Shown here in pieces: positions 1 to 14,841 of a stretch of 64,000 nucleotides of DNA. The stretch is from Octopus sinensis (Eukaryota). The stretch covers positions 111,414,001-111,478,000 of the forward strand of contig NC_043001.1 in assembly GCF_006345805.1 (NCBI RefSeq). Reading direction: 5' to 3'. The notes under the pieces were generated by a model. That model had not been told where the DNA came from. It was given only the letters and a program-made list of their open reading frames with translations, and did no database searches. Position numbers and translations under genes: made by a program. Positions within the stretch are counted from its first letter, which is position 1, and the number at the start of each line of letters is the position of its first letter.

Positions 1-699
1 GTAGATGTAGGGGATTTTAGAAACGCTGGAAATGAAAATCAATTTTTCTTCACCGACCAATATATTGTGTTATTTGAATCAAAAAGTTTCGAGGATTTTG
101 TAATAAACACGTTAATTTGCTCCGGAAAAGAGAAACTGGTGTACAAATTTGTAGCTTGACCTGTTATACATAACAGTCATGACACACATCCCCTCAGTAA
201 GTCATACAATCTTTAAAATTTGACCTGGTATAGGAGATATTGTATAAAGCAGACAAATTATTTACAATCATGAAAAAAAAACATGACGACCAAGGTGAGA
301 TAGAACATTGTCATGATTGAGCTAGAATAGCATACCTGATCAGGTTAAAGCAACAAGTATAAAGATCACATCGCATAATTTCTTTAAATTTGAAATCCCG
401 AGTTTATCTTTTAAATGTTATATTGCAATGATATTTGAAGATAAAACAACTACGAATGGAAAGTGTCGAAGTACGATGAGAATATCTCTATTTAGCAGGA
501 ACCATTGTGAGTATAGAAACTTATACATATACAAATATATATTTTTAAATATATATAAATATATTTACACAGACACACACACACATATTGTGAGGGATAA
601 GGAGCTTAAACTTTATATAATACCCTTTTAACAAAATGAACGTTTTCGTTCCATCTCTCAGTTATTGCACAGATGCTGCTCTTTCGCGTTTCTACACAC

Positions 700-955
700 A
701 ATCGCTTGTAGTATGTGTATGTGTGTGTGTATGTATGTATGTACGTGTATGTGTGAGTGTGTGTGTGTCTCAATGTGAGTGGCTCTATGGGTGTAAGTGG
801 GTGTATGCCTAAATATATACACATACATCCACAAATCCCAAGAGCTGCCTTGGCTTAAGCGAAAAGGTTCTAGGTTGGAATGCCTGGAACATGCTTGAAC
901 ACACCTGAGAATATATTAGATCTGTGCTTTTTTCTCTCTTTATATATATATGCGG

Positions 956-1024
<69 letters not shown>

Positions 1025-1245
1025 CGTACACATATATGTACGTATATATGTGCATGTTTTTCTATATATATATATATATATACACATAAGCATGTTTATA
1101 ATTACATACACCCACATATATTTCCAGGTGTGTACAGTTATGCGTGTGCGCGTGTGCACGAGTGTGTGTGTGTGTGTGTATGTGTGTGTCCACGAGTGTG
1201 TATGACTGTGTTTGTGTGTATGTTTGTGTGTGTTTATATATTTGT
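700..1245. repeat. Compound (TG)/(CA)/(TA) microsatellite mosaic
   Basis: Dinucleotide runs; overlapping Y/I/H/T/C/V-rich ORFs are translation artefacts. Confidence 0.95.
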
Positions 1246-1929
1246 TTCCATTTACCTGGTGTGATTTGTACTATTGTTATTTGTGCATCTTTTTTTCGTA
1301 TTGCGAATTTCCGCATCACTCTGCACAAGAAGTATAAAATTTATATTTTCCGTTTTAGCTATAAAATCAAGTTCTTCTAACCCGTTCATGGTTTAATGTA
1401 ATCGTTCTTTTCTGCACTTAATTGGAGTTCTAATGCAGGGAGAAACAATGAACCACTTTCCACTGGCGCCTTGAGCAAACAGCTCTCTTGAATGTATTGA
1501 ATCAACAATGTGACAATAACACCCAGGGAATATTACTGATAAAAATAAGGATACAGCATATTTTTACATTTTAACTAATTTATTTTAAAACTCTAAAAAC
1601 TTAAGGAATCTTCATATATAACGATGATAATAAACTACAAATCGATTTTCCTAGTTTACCGTGTTGCAGAAGTTGATGGTACACATCGACCGTAATTAAA
1701 TTGTTTATAACCGTTTATAACAGTTATAACAGTTATTCAAAGACGGAATATAGCAGTTTTCAATTTACCTCATCAACTAAAGCAAATTCATATAAATATA
1801 TTTAGGGAAAATATGTATATTTATATTGGTGCTTAAGAATTTTGAATGGTTAATTTATACTTAGAAAGATTTAATATCTATCTATGGCAAGTAAAATTCC
1901 CGAGATCCATGGAGGAATTCCCTCAACCA

Positions 1930-2225
1930 GTGTTTATCCCTCATCATTGCTATCATGTCCTGACTCCCTGAGATCAATGTCTGTCCTTAGGGCATTAACA
2001 TATGTCATCCTCGGTCTCCCTCTTCTATTGTGTCCGTGTAGGGGATCCCTAAGGAGTACTGAGTGCAGTATCAACTCTGAATGACGGTGAGCATGTCCAA
2101 CTAACTTCAGTCTCTTCTGTATTATTTTCGAGCTAACTATTAGGAGGATCTCGTACAGCTCTGAGTTTTTCATTCTCAGGGTATATTGATTAATGTTCAG
2201 AGCCATCCTCATCACATTCTCGTGT
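1930..2225 (-). mobile_element. RTE-clade LINE 3' fragment (C-terminus of ORF)
   Basis: ORF 1934-2215 contains KRLKLVGHAHRH...RRGRPRMTYVNAL, matching the RTE C-terminal pattern RRLxWxGHxxR...GRPxxTW. Confidence 0.65.
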
Positions 2226-3469
2226 TAATATAATTTGGCTGAAATAAAGATAAAACGTCCTTCACGTACGAGTTTTTAGATAAACGTTTAGCTTAATACA
2301 CTCGTGTTGACTCTTTTTTTTTTCTATTAGCTTTCTCTGAGTCTCCAAATGAAGAACACCATATTAGTCTACAAGAAACATATCACGCTTAAACCTCACA
2401 GCTAGCTAAGAAAAAAATGACTTGGTGTTCTTCTGTAAAAATGCGTGACACTCCGCATCTAGTTTCAATAAACACTTCAAGAATCAGTGAAACACTAAAA
2501 TTTCAGAGATGCATTTGCCAGGCAAGTGGTTTGATCTGAGAGCATATGTTGGAACTAAAACATTTACAGCATGGAATATACATACCAGCCATTCCAAAAC
2601 ACATAAAGAATGTTAACGGCACGGAAACGGTTATTATTTTGGCGTCAAAATTTTCTTTCCATCAACTGCAACCTGATCACTGGCACGATTCCAATGCATT
2701 CACCAAGAGGTGAATTACAACAAAACTATATTTACAATATATTTGTTTTATTATTTGAAAAAAATCAAAAAATTTCTGCAGATTTCAAGAAAATAAAAAA
2801 CCAAAACAAAAATAAATAAATAAAAAATTGGCGTCCGGCCCAAGTTATGGAGGACAAATAATTCATTGGAGGGTGAAAAGGGTGCTCAAATGTAGAAGGT
2901 CTGGCCACATTAAACCACGATTATCAATTTTTCTGTTTTGCATATTCTAATATATTCCAATTATTTTGTAAGATTGTAGCGCGTTATTAGAGGGATTTTA
3001 TGTTGCTTTTTTTGGCAGATCGATCAGTCACATAAAGACTTGCTCGTTCTACCCTGTTGCGAACGTTGGCAGTAGAAAATATTGATAATGAGGAGCGGAA
3101 TATGTAAATAACTTCTTATTGGTATTCTGATAGTCACCTTACTCTATACTGATCACTAAGACGAAACTGAGAAATGTTTTCCTGTTGTCTTTAGGAACAA
3201 AACAAGGAGATTAATCTTAATCTTCAAATTATAATTTTTTTTCATTCCTCCAAACATATTAGGGACTAAAGAGAAAGTATAAAGAAATAAAGCATATATT
3301 ATCACATAGAATCATGTCATAAACAGAAGATGTACAGGAATAATTATTATCCATATTCTACCAAGCAGCACTACTTAATACGTGCATAGATCTATACAGA
3401 AACACACATCCTCAAATCCGCACATTTACGCATCCGCACATCGACAGATCCACGACAGGCACATCAAGA

Positions 3470-3548
3470 TACATATCTTGTATATATTTATGTACATACA
3501 CATGTGTATGTACGTACGTGTATATATGTGCGTATACATAAGTGCATA

Positions 3549-3590
<42 letters not shown>

Positions 3591-3591
3591 A

Positions 3592-3653
<62 letters not shown>

Positions 3654-3985
3654 TTACATGTATAGATATCTGCATATATACACATACTTATATGCACACG
3701 CATACGTACACACACACACGTTTAAATGCTTATATGTGTATATATATACGTGTATATATGCGTGTGTATATATACGTGCATATATATGCGTATATATATA
3801 TACACATATACAATACTTATATGTATATATATGTGTATATAGAGATATAAATAAATATATACATACATACACATTTATATGCATGCATATGTGTGCGTCT
3901 GTGTGTCTGTGTCTGTGTGAATGTTTATGTGTGTGTGTGTGTGTGTTTGTGTGTGTGTCGGTGTCTGTATGTCTGTACATATCAG
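3470..3985. repeat. (TA)n/(CA)n/(TG)n microsatellite mosaic
   Basis: Visible dinucleotide runs. Confidence 0.95.
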
Positions 3986-4249
3986 AACGATGAACTTCTT
4001 CATGATATCCAAACAAAGCAATATACTTTGTTTTTTGATAAAAAAAATTTCAGTGAAAGCTCCGCTGCAGCTTTATTTGAAATTAGCACAAGGCTTTCAA
4101 AAGATAGTTAGCCCTACCAATACTCCGTGAAATTCAATGCTTGCTATAAATTGTGTTGGAAAAATTATAAATATTTTTACCACCATTGTTTTCCTGTCAT
4201 CTAATATGTCCGCGCTCAATGATTTTCGCATGTAACGTGCAAGATGCTG

Positions 4250-5010
4250 GAAGCAGACCACGTTAGGAGAGAAGGTACAGAATGTCTCCGTGACCTATAT
4301 AAGACTCTCGTTAATAATAAATGCAACAGGGAAATGCGTGTTATTAGATTTCCTGCATATTTTAAAAGTCAACCCATCTAATACAGATGATGCTGAGTTG
4401 AGATCATTTCTTAAACAAATATTCATTTGGAGTCTAGCTGTGTATCTCCCCATTGTCCCCAATACGTACGCAATGATTAATAGAGGAACATAAGCAGAGT
4501 AGTGCAAAGGTCATACTCTAGATTGAAGAGAGAGTCAGCTATTACTTGACACTTGATTCGAAGATGTCCAATTGCAAAATGTGAATAGTTATCAACGCAT
4601 CTCAACAAATGCTGTCGAAAATTATTTACCGTAACTACCCATCAAATCACAGGAACAAAGTGTTAAAATGCAATAATCACGAAAAGTATGGTTTTGTGGA
4701 ATCTTACTGCTACCATATATTGAATAAGTACAATTGGATCGAAAAGTTATAAGTCAGTTCAGGCTGCAGTCGACTTTAATGATCCTGATAACATTATATC
4801 TGATTCCCTACAGAACAATGCTGTTCTCTATCACAATATCCAACTAAAAGGAAATGCATCCATTTGGATGCACCTAACTCCTCTAATGATGCAGAAGTAT
4901 TTGTCTAATGGGATGCTACACATAATAAAAATCACCAAAGATGGTGGTTTATAGCATGGGAGAGGCTTTCATCACTCAAACTCTTCTGAGTTTAAGCGCC
5001 CTCTGTTTCC
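4250..5010 (+). mobile_element. Possible ancient, heavily decayed CR1-type LINE relic
   Basis: Stop-interrupted frames with NTDDAEL (cf. YADD) and ITKMVV..WERLSSLKLF (cf. CR1 C-terminal ATKM..SYEERLxxLKLFSL). Confidence 0.25.
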
Positions 5011-5803
5011 AGTAACACAATCGTTTTTATGACCATCAGGAGTTATAAGGGAGAGTTGCTGAAATTAAACTCACAAATTCGTAATTCATTCATAGTTTTA
5101 TCTAAGATGTATGCTCACTTGCTAGGCGAGCAGACCTCACTCCATCAAATCAGTTTCCATTGTATTATTCCTTACAATATTATTCTATACATATCCAGTA
5201 AAACAACGATAGTTCCATAAATCATAAATCACAACACGAATATTATCAAATAAAAACAGCATCGAAATCTTCACACATCATAAAAATCATGAAATATTGC
5301 AACTTCGATATTTAACGCCATTACAATATTAGTATATCTAAATATGAGCACACGAAAACGGACTTAGATAAAACTACGAATGAACTACGAATTTGGGACT
5401 TTAACTTCAGCAACTCTCTCCTATATCTCCTAATTGTCATTAAAAAAAAAACGATTCTGTTACTTGAAACAGAGGGCGCATAATCTCGAGAGGCTTTTGG
5501 GGATGAAGGCCCCTCCTATGCTATAAAAGAAATGTTCTCTAACATACAGATCTTTGCAAATAAAAAAATAAACCTTATTTTGGTAATTTCCACTTTATTA
5601 TTCCTTAATGTCAATGTAAAATCGCAACAAAAAGAGAATATGCAGTAAAATAAAGATAGTTCCTTAAATCAAAACATGAATATTATCAATTCAAAAAAGC
5701 ATCAAAATCTTCACACATCAAAGAAATCCTGAAACATTGGAACTTGGATATTTATCGCCATTACAGTATAAGTATATCCAAGTATGAGTACACGAAAACG
5801 CAC
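4948..5803. repeat. Diverged inverted repeat (4948-5109 vs 5362-5526) plus diverged direct repeat (5197-5361 vs 5645-5803)
   Basis: Both pairs align by eye; e.g. cttagataaaacta.gaatgaa.tacgaattt occurs in opposite orientations, and atcttcacacatca..cacgaaaacg occurs twice in direct orientation. Confidence 0.75.
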
Positions 5804-5894
5804 TACACAACACATTGCTACAAGTCAATCGGTTTTAACAAACAAAATTCGCTCATGCATATACAGCAACCGAGTGACACCAAGTGCCACTTTT

Positions 5895-6321
5895 TGTATA
5901 TATATATATAGTGTATATATGTGTATATATATATATATATAGTGTATATATGTGTATATATATATATATAGTGTATATATGTGTATATATATATATATAT
6001 AGTGTATATATGTATATATATATATATATATAGTGTATATATGTGTATATATATAGTGTATATATGTGTATATATATATATATAGTGTATATATGTGTAT
6101 ATATATAGTGTATATATGTGTATATATATATATATAGTGTATATATGTGTATATATATATATATATAGTGTATATATGTGTATATATATATAGTGTATAT
6201 ATGTGTATATATATATATATATAGTGTATATATGTGTATATATATATATATATAGCGTATATATGTGTATATATATATATATAGTGTATATATGTGTATA
6301 TATATATATATATATAGTGTA

Positions 6322-6355
<34 letters not shown>

Positions 6356-6380
6356 GTGTATATATGTGTATATATATATA

Positions 6381-6434
<54 letters not shown>

Positions 6435-6450
6435 TATGTGTGTATATATT
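5895..6450. repeat. (TA)n-based minisatellite with recurring AGTGTATATATGTG unit
   Basis: Repeated tatagtgtatatatgtgtatata units; abuts the LINE 3' tail. Confidence 0.9.
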
Positions 6451-6534
6451 GATTGATTGATTGATTCTAGTTTCAGGTTATGAGCTGTGGCCATGCTGGG
6501 GCACCGCCATTTGGTGTTGCTACTTGGTTTCACT

Positions 6535-8457
6535 TCATGGAGGCTTTCTAGCAACTGCTATTTGGTGCATGAGAGAGTTCGATGCAGCTGCCCTCATCTG
6601 CCCCTCCTGCCTTGAAGTTGGTTCATCTGGGACACCTGACAGGAAGAGATCCAGCTTCATTTTAAAGACATCTGTATCCACCCCATGCAGGTCTCTCAGG
6701 TTCTTCGGGAGGATATTGAAGAGCTGTGGGCCTCGGAAGCCCAGGCTATCACAGAATCTTGTCCTACATCTTGATGGCAGGTTTGGAGTCCTAGGCACCA
6801 CGCAGTGGCGCCCAGTTCTGGCATTTGCGTAACTCTCGATGCCAAAGTTCAGGACACTTCCCTCCAGGATCTTCCAGATGTATATTATGGCATATCTTTC
6901 CCGCCTACGCTCCAGGGAATATAGTTTTAATCTCTTGAGTCTTTCCCAGTAGCTTACATTCTGCATAGAGGCTATCTTTGTGTAGCTTCGTTGGATCGCC
7001 TCAAGTTCTGTGATCAACTTGACACTGGATGGTGACCATAGCTGAGAGCAATAGTCAAAGTGGCTTAGGACAAGTGTCTTCCAGAGGACCATCATGGTTT
7101 CTTGTTCTCTTGTTCTAAAGGTTCTAAGAATCCATCCAGCCAGCCGTCTACATTTCAGTGTCAGTTTAGCAACATGTACATGAAAGGTCGCGTCATCACT
7201 CATGTGAATACCCAGGTCACGCACTGATTGTGCCTCTGGGATTGCAATCCCTCCGGGTCCAGTGTATTCATTGGGTATTGCATTCAGTTTTGCATGCTGA
7301 TAGTATAAAGCTTGAAACTTTCCAGCATTGAACTGCATGCTATTCTTTTCAGCCCACTTGTATATTTCGTCCAGCTCACATTGCAGGTGTTTAGTGTCCT
7401 CAGGGTTCTGTATTGCCTGTGAAACTTTTGTATCATCTGCATAACTTGTGATCGTGGCTCTCTGCGTGGCTGAGGGCATGTCTGAGAGGGCCATTATGAA
7501 CAGTAGTGGTCCCAGAACAGTGCCCTGCGGAACACCGCTCACTATTTGTGTGTTAATGGATGTGGCCCCATTGGCTACTACCACCTGACTTCTATCCTTC
7601 AGAAAGTCATGAAGCCATTCTCCCAGTTTTCCAACTATGTTGAGATCACGCAGTTTGTGACATATCATTCCATGATCGACTTTATCAAAGGCCTTTGCAA
7701 AGTCGAGATATATCACTTCCACATTTGAGTGGTTGAGCACCCAGTCATAGTGTTGTAGGAGCTGAGTTAAACAGCTTCTCCCTGGTCGGAAACCATGTTG
7801 GGTGTCGGGCAGCAAGTCATTCTCTTCAAGGAAGGTGATCAGCTTCCTTCTGACTATTCGTTCCATGACCTTGCTGATGTGTGAGGTCAGAGAGATAGGT
7901 CTATAGTTCTTGGCTTCCGCTCTGCTACCTCCTTTATGAATGGGGCATATTTTACCTTCCTTCAGTTTTCCTGGAAGTTTGCCAGCTGCAAGGAAGCTCT
8001 GAAAGAGGAACTGCAGTGGTCTTGCTAGGACTCTCTTACATGCTTTTAGGAGGATTGCCGGGAATCCATCGGGGCCAGTAGCTGAGTCTGTTTTCATTTC
8101 ATCTATAGCCTTGGTTACATCGTCTTCCTTTATATCGATGTAATCTATCGTCGCCGCCTCTGATTTTATATCTGCAGTGGTAAAAAAGTCAGTTGGATTG
8201 GTGATTTGGAGATGTCCAAGGGGTGGAGTGAAAACACTCTTGAATTGCTCATTCAGTATTTCACTTACCCTCATTGGTTTTCCTGTAAGTGTGCCATCCT
8301 TTTCGAGGAGTGGCCCTATTCTACAGTTCACTGTAGCTGTTTCTTTGGCATACCTGTAGAAAGCTCTGGGGTTAGATTTTATGTTTTCTATAGCCCAGGC
8401 TTCTTTGTCTGCTCTTTCTTTTTCATGGGAGAGTTGCAGACACTTTTCGTTTTCCAA
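6535..8457 (-). CDS. LINE ORF2 reverse transcriptase and C-terminal part (frameshifted from the EN part)
   Basis: [76 protein letters not shown] motifs. Confidence 0.95.
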   Translation of the reverse strand: MENEKCLQLSHEKERADKEAWAIENIKSNPRAFYRYAKETATVNCRIGPLLEKDGTLTGKPMRVSEILNEQFKSVFTPPLGHLQITNPTDFFTTADIKSEAATIDYIDIKEDDVTKAIDEMKTDSATGPDGFPAILLKACKRVLARPLQFLFQSFLAAGKLPGKLKEGKICPIHKGGSRAEAKNYRPISLTSHISKVMERIVRRKLITFLEENDLLPDTQHGFRPGRSCLTQLLQHYDWVLNHSNVEVIYLDFAKAFDKVDHGMICHKLRDLNIVGKLGEWLHDFLKDRSQVVVANGATSINTQIVSGVPQGTVLGPLLFIMALSDMPSATQRATITSYADDTKVSQAIQNPEDTKHLQCELDEIYKWAEKNSMQFNAGKFQALYYQHAKLNAIPNEYTGPGGIAIPEAQSVRDLGIHMSDDATFHVHVAKLTLKCRRLAGWILRTFRTREQETMMVLWKTLVLSHFDYCSQLWSPSSVKLITELEAIQRSYTKIASMQNVSYWERLKRLKLYSLERRRERYAIIYIWKILEGSVLNFGIESYANARTGRHCVVPRTPNLPSRCRTRFCDSLGFRGPQLFNILPKNLRDLHGVDTDVFKMKLDLFLSGVPDEPTSRQEGQMRAAASNSLMHQIAVARKPP

Positions 8458-8514
8458 CAGTTTTATTTTTAGGCGGGACTTTTCACTGCTTTCAATCTGT
8501 TTGTTTAGGCGATT

Positions 8515-9624
8515 TTAAAATTTCGTACGCCGTCTCATTAAAATTTTCCTCTCTCTGGGGATTTTGTTCTTGTGTACAGTGGCCTTTCTCTCTGGGACAC
8601 ATTTGTAGCATATGGCTTGCATTACAGACATGAATTGTTGAAGTTTCACGTCGATGTCTGGCGAGGAGAGACATTTAGGCCACTTTTGTTTGAGGATCTC
8701 TTTCTCAATTTGTTTCCAGTTTGCCTTAGGGTAGTTCAAGTTGGAAAGATTTTGAGGATTTCTTGTAGGCTGCATGTCCGTGCTCTCTTTTGGCCCGTAC
8801 ATGGTCAGCTCTATCATGTTGTGATCCGAGAGTAGTGTCGGTGTCACTTTCACATTATGGATGAGATCCATGTCATTTGTGAAGCAGAGATCCAGTGTGT
8901 TACCTGCCCTGGTTGGTTGGAGTATTACCTGCTCCATGTACAGGGTGTTGATGAGGTTCAGGAGGGACCTCGCCTGTCCTCGTTCACATCTTGTCATTCC
9001 TGGGAGAGAAAGGCCCTCGGGCCATCTGACATTGGGCAGATTGAAGTCTCCCATAAGAAGCACACCTATGTGTTGTTCTAATGTGGTTAGAATTTCTTCT
9101 ATTTTTATAAGGCAGTCTTCAAACTTGCCCACATGGCTTGGGGCATCTGGAGGGCGATATGTAGCACACACAACTACATCAAGTTGCCTAATATGTACAA
9201 TTAGTGTGTCACACACCGAGTTTGAGTATGACAAGAGGACCTGGGGTGTGAGGTCCTCACGGATGTACATAGCAACACCTCCATGACTCCTTTCTTTCCT
9301 GTCGGTCCGTAGTACAGCATACTGTGGTATGTGTAACTCCGCATCTGCTATGTCCGGTTTTAGGTGCGTTTCTGTAAGTGCTATGCATAAGGCTTGATTG
9401 CATGCAACAAAGTCTCTCAGGAACGGGATCTTTGTCCTGTTACTGAGTGTTTGCAGTCCTCTGATGTTCAGTAGGAGTATCGAGGTGAGGTGTACGTTGT
9501 TGCCGGCGGTGTCCATCCTGTGTCTGTTTGCTGTGGTGGTCTGGTATATAGTGGGTAGTCCCACCTGCGGGCTTGGGTTTGATGAAGCCAGGTCAGCTGC
9601 TGTACAATCTTTTGTGCCATGCAC
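8515..9624 (-). CDS. LINE ORF2 N-terminal APE endonuclease
   Basis: LLNIRGL, ALTETHL, GGVAMYI, TYRPP, MGDFNLP, PTR..NTLDLCF, SDHNMI motifs. Confidence 0.93.
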   Translation of the reverse strand: MHGTKDCTAADLASSNPSPQVGLPTIYQTTTANRHRMDTAGNNVHLTSILLLNIRGLQTLSNRTKIPFLRDFVACNQALCIALTETHLKPDIADAELHIPQYAVLRTDRKERSHGGVAMYIREDLTPQVLLSYSNSVCDTLIVHIRQLDVVVCATYRPPDAPSHVGKFEDCLIKIEEILTTLEQHIGVLLMGDFNLPNVRWPEGLSLPGMTRCERGQARSLLNLINTLYMEQVILQPTRAGNTLDLCFTNDMDLIHNVKVTPTLLSDHNMIELTMYGPKESTDMQPTRNPQNLSNLNYPKANWKQIEKEILKQKWPKCLSSPDIDVKLQQFMSVMQAICYKCVPERKATVHKNKIPRERKILMRRRTKF

Positions 9625-10082
9625 AAAAAAGATTGTTGCTCAGCAGCTGCTCTTTCGACAACATCATGTTGGCTGTTTGTGGCGCGCACAACATCTGCGT
9701 ACCTCCGCTTTGGGGCAGGTGGTGCGTAGTCCATCCCTTTTCTTTGTGTTGATGGTTTGTCCATCTGCCTCGTGTCTCTGTGGCAGGGTCCCCGATGTGC
9801 AAAGCGGCAGCCTGCACCTTCCTTTCCGTGCCAGCAGGAACCTCTCAGGTAGAACATACACACCCGTGTGCGCTGTTTGGTTCCATCCTTTGCGGTTCCA
9901 CTTCTACTCCTGGTTGTTTCTCTCTTTGGTCCTGCTTGAGCTTTTTCTTTTCCTTTAGCTCTTCCAGTCCTTCTTTTAGTTCTTCTTCCTCCCTCTACCT
10001 CTTCACCGGGTTCTCCGTCTCCATGGCCTTGCTGCCGGTTGGAGAACTTGCACCTGGGTTCACTTCCCGGCAGGTTTCTCAT
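9468..10082 (-). CDS. LINE ORF1 C-terminal part with CCCH zinc finger
   Basis: CMFYLRGSCWHGKEGAGCRFAH = C-x7-C-x8-C-x3-H, preceded by a basic/acidic linker; lies upstream of the EN. Confidence 0.75.
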   Translation of the reverse strand: MRNLPGSEPRCKFSNRQQGHGDGEPGEEVEGGRRTKRRTGRAKGKEKAQAGPKRETTRSRSGTAKDGTKQRTRVCMFYLRGSCWHGKEGAGCRFAHRGPCHRDTRQMDKPSTQRKGMDYAPPAPKRRYADVVRATNSQHDVVERAAAEQQSFLCMAQKIVQQLTWLHQTQARRWDYPLYTRPPQQTDTGWTPPATTYTSPRYSY

Positions 10083-10377
10083 TCAAAACCTCCTCCTGGG
10101 CGTCCACCAGGTGGGGGTGACTTCTTTCATCGTCTCCATTCTTGCCATCTTTGCCCCGCTCGTTCTCAAAGATGGCATCAAGTGCGCCAATGTGCGACCG
10201 TACAAGTGCATATGAGCGCACGAATTCCTGTCTCTTTCGCTCCATCTGAGCCGCTGTCCTCTTGTAGCCTCTGCTCTTCAGCGCAGCCGCAATCACCTCG
10301 CTAGGGCTATCTCCGCCGGCGCACTCCCATGCTCGTACGAATAAATCCAGCTCGTCACGTCTCCATGCTCTGGACAT
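10060..10377 (-). CDS. LINE ORF1 N-terminal part, Myb/SANT-like (trihelix-type) domain
   Basis: WRRDELDLFVRAW...IAAALKSRGYKRTAAQMERKRQEFVRSY...LDAIF fits the W..EE..L..W...I...L...GY.RT..Q...K...L...Y...LD.I pattern. Confidence 0.7.
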   Translation of the reverse strand: MSRAWRRDELDLFVRAWECAGGDSPSEVIAAALKSRGYKRTAAQMERKRQEFVRSYALVRSHIGALDAIFENERGKDGKNGDDERSHPHLVDAQEEVLNEKPAGK

Positions 10378-10429
10378 GCTGGATAATCCGTCTATCCGTT
10401 TATCTATCTAATTATGTTCGAGAGAAGAC

Positions 10430-11600
10430 AGGAAGATATTAAGGCTAATTAGAAGATAGAGTACTTGAAAAAGAAATATTAACAATATTAAAGTTTGTGT
10501 AAAAACGTTATTTGGGTAAAAACGTTATTTAATCTTAAGGCTAATTAGGAGATAGAGTATCTGAAAATATATTAGCAATATTAATATTATATTAGAGTGT
10601 GGGTAAAAAAAAAAAACGTTATTTAATCTTAAGGCTAATTTGGAGATAGAGTATCTGAAAATATATTAGCAATATTAATATTATATTAGAGTGTGGGTAA
10701 TATTAAACGTTATTTAATTTAATCTTAAGGCTATTTAGAAGACAGAGTATCTGAAAAATTATATATACAATATTAAGCAATATTAACCGTTATTTAATTT
10801 AATCTTAAGGCTAATTAGACGTTATTAATATTAAACGTTATTTAATTTAATCTTAAGGCTAATTAGACGTTATTAATATTAAACGTTATTTAATTTAATC
10901 TTAAGGCTAATTAGAAGATAGAGTATCTGAAAATATATTAGCAATATTAATATTATATTAGAGTGTGGATAAAAACGTTATTTAATCTTAAGGCTAATCA
11001 GGAGATAGAGTATCTGAAAATATATTAGCAATGTTAATATTATATTAGAGTGTGGGTAATATTAAACGTTATTTAATTTAATCTTAAGGCTAATTAGAAG
11101 ATAGAGTATCTGAAGAATTATTAACAATATTAAACAATATTAAACGTTATTTAATTTAATCTAAGGCTAATTAACAATAATTATTAACAATATTAAACAA
11201 TGTTAAACGTTATTTAATTTAATCTTAAGGCTAATTAATAGTAATTATTAACAATATTAAACAATATAAACGTTATTTAATTTAATCCTAAGGCTAATTA
11301 ACAATAATTATTAACAATATTAAACGTTATTTAATTAATCCTAAGGCTAATTAGACGTTATTAATATAAACGTTATTTAATTTAATCTTAAGGCTAATTA
11401 GAAGATAGAGTATCTGAAAAATTATTAACAATATTAAACGTTATTTAATTTAATTTAAGGCTAATTAACAATAATTATTAACAATATTAAACAATATTAA
11501 ACGTTATTTAATTAATCCTAAGGCTAATTTGACGGTATCAATATTAAACGTTATTTAATTTAATCTTAAGGCTAATTAGAAGATAGAGTATCTGGAAAAT
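10430..11600. repeat. AT-rich modular tandem array directly upstream of LINE ORF1 (possible LINE 5' UTR)
   Basis: Modules aaacgttatttaat(ttaa)tcttaaggctaatta and gaagatagagtatctgaaaa recur many times in varying combinations. Confidence 0.9.
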
Positions 11601-11869
11601 TATTATATCGAGAACAGTTATTGAAAATGTAAACAAACCAAATGACGATCGCAACTTTAACTAAGATGTGGGCCTAAGTGAAAGATAAAATAGAATAATA
11701 AATAAAATATGAAATAGATGAAATTGATACTTAATCCAACAATGTGGTCTGGATTATTTTTTTGGTTTACGGGATTTTTTTTCAGGAGAGATGCTTCTTT
11801 TTTCTTTCTTGCAGAAGATAACTTGATTCAGTTATTTTTGCACCATGTGCGTTTCGGCGAAAATGAAAA

Positions 11870-14100
<2,231 letters not shown>

Positions 14101-14429
14101 TATATTCGCGTACCCAGGAATACAGAAATATGTCAAACAGTATACACCTGTAGGTAATGAAGTTTTCCGATTTATAAGAAGGGTTAATATCTGTCGATGT
14201 ATCAAGAGAAGTGTGGCCCTCTCACTTATATTTTATCGATTATCCATTTATACCGCCATAAACTACAACATAAAACGGAAAACTCTACTCATGTAATCAA
14301 AACGATTTCTACAAGGCCCATACTTCTTCCATTAAAATACACTTATATCAACGTAAGCAGGATCGGTTTATGTACATTGTTCGCATCGTATGTGCATATT
14401 TCATAAATATAGACCTAAGAATATGCACG

Positions 14430-14451
14430 CATAGGCATGTATGTAGATATA

Positions 14452-14518
<67 letters not shown>

Positions 14519-14797
14519 GTATATATATATATATGTATATATATGTATATATATATATATGTATATATATGTATATATATGTAATTTTAATCCAAACGGG
14601 AAAACAAAAAAACAACAACAGTGGAACAATTACAGTATTATTATTAATAGGCGCTCAGGAAAGATGGAAGCAGGAAGGTGTGTGTGTGTGTATATATGTA
14701 TATATATATATATAATATATATATATATGGAGAGAGAGAGAGAAAGAGAGACACATATGTGCTAAAGTGTGTATATGCTTATATATGTATATGCTTA

Positions 14798-14841
<44 letters not shown>

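Larger units (their letters stand above)
6451..10400 (-). mobile_element. Near full-length CR1-group LINE (ORF1 + APE-RT ORF2) with (AATC)n 3' tail
   Basis: ORF1, APE endonuclease and RT in order on the minus strand; short 3' UTR ending in gattgattgattgatt (6451-6466); two frameshifts. Confidence 0.95.

Noticed and set aside
1-159. 52-codon open frame from the window start
   Set aside because: No recognisable motif; other frames are similarly open; upstream context missing
6535-10377. Programmed frameshifting between LINE ORF pieces
   Set aside because: Breaks look like ordinary indels or sequencing errors; no conserved slippery site can be shown from one copy
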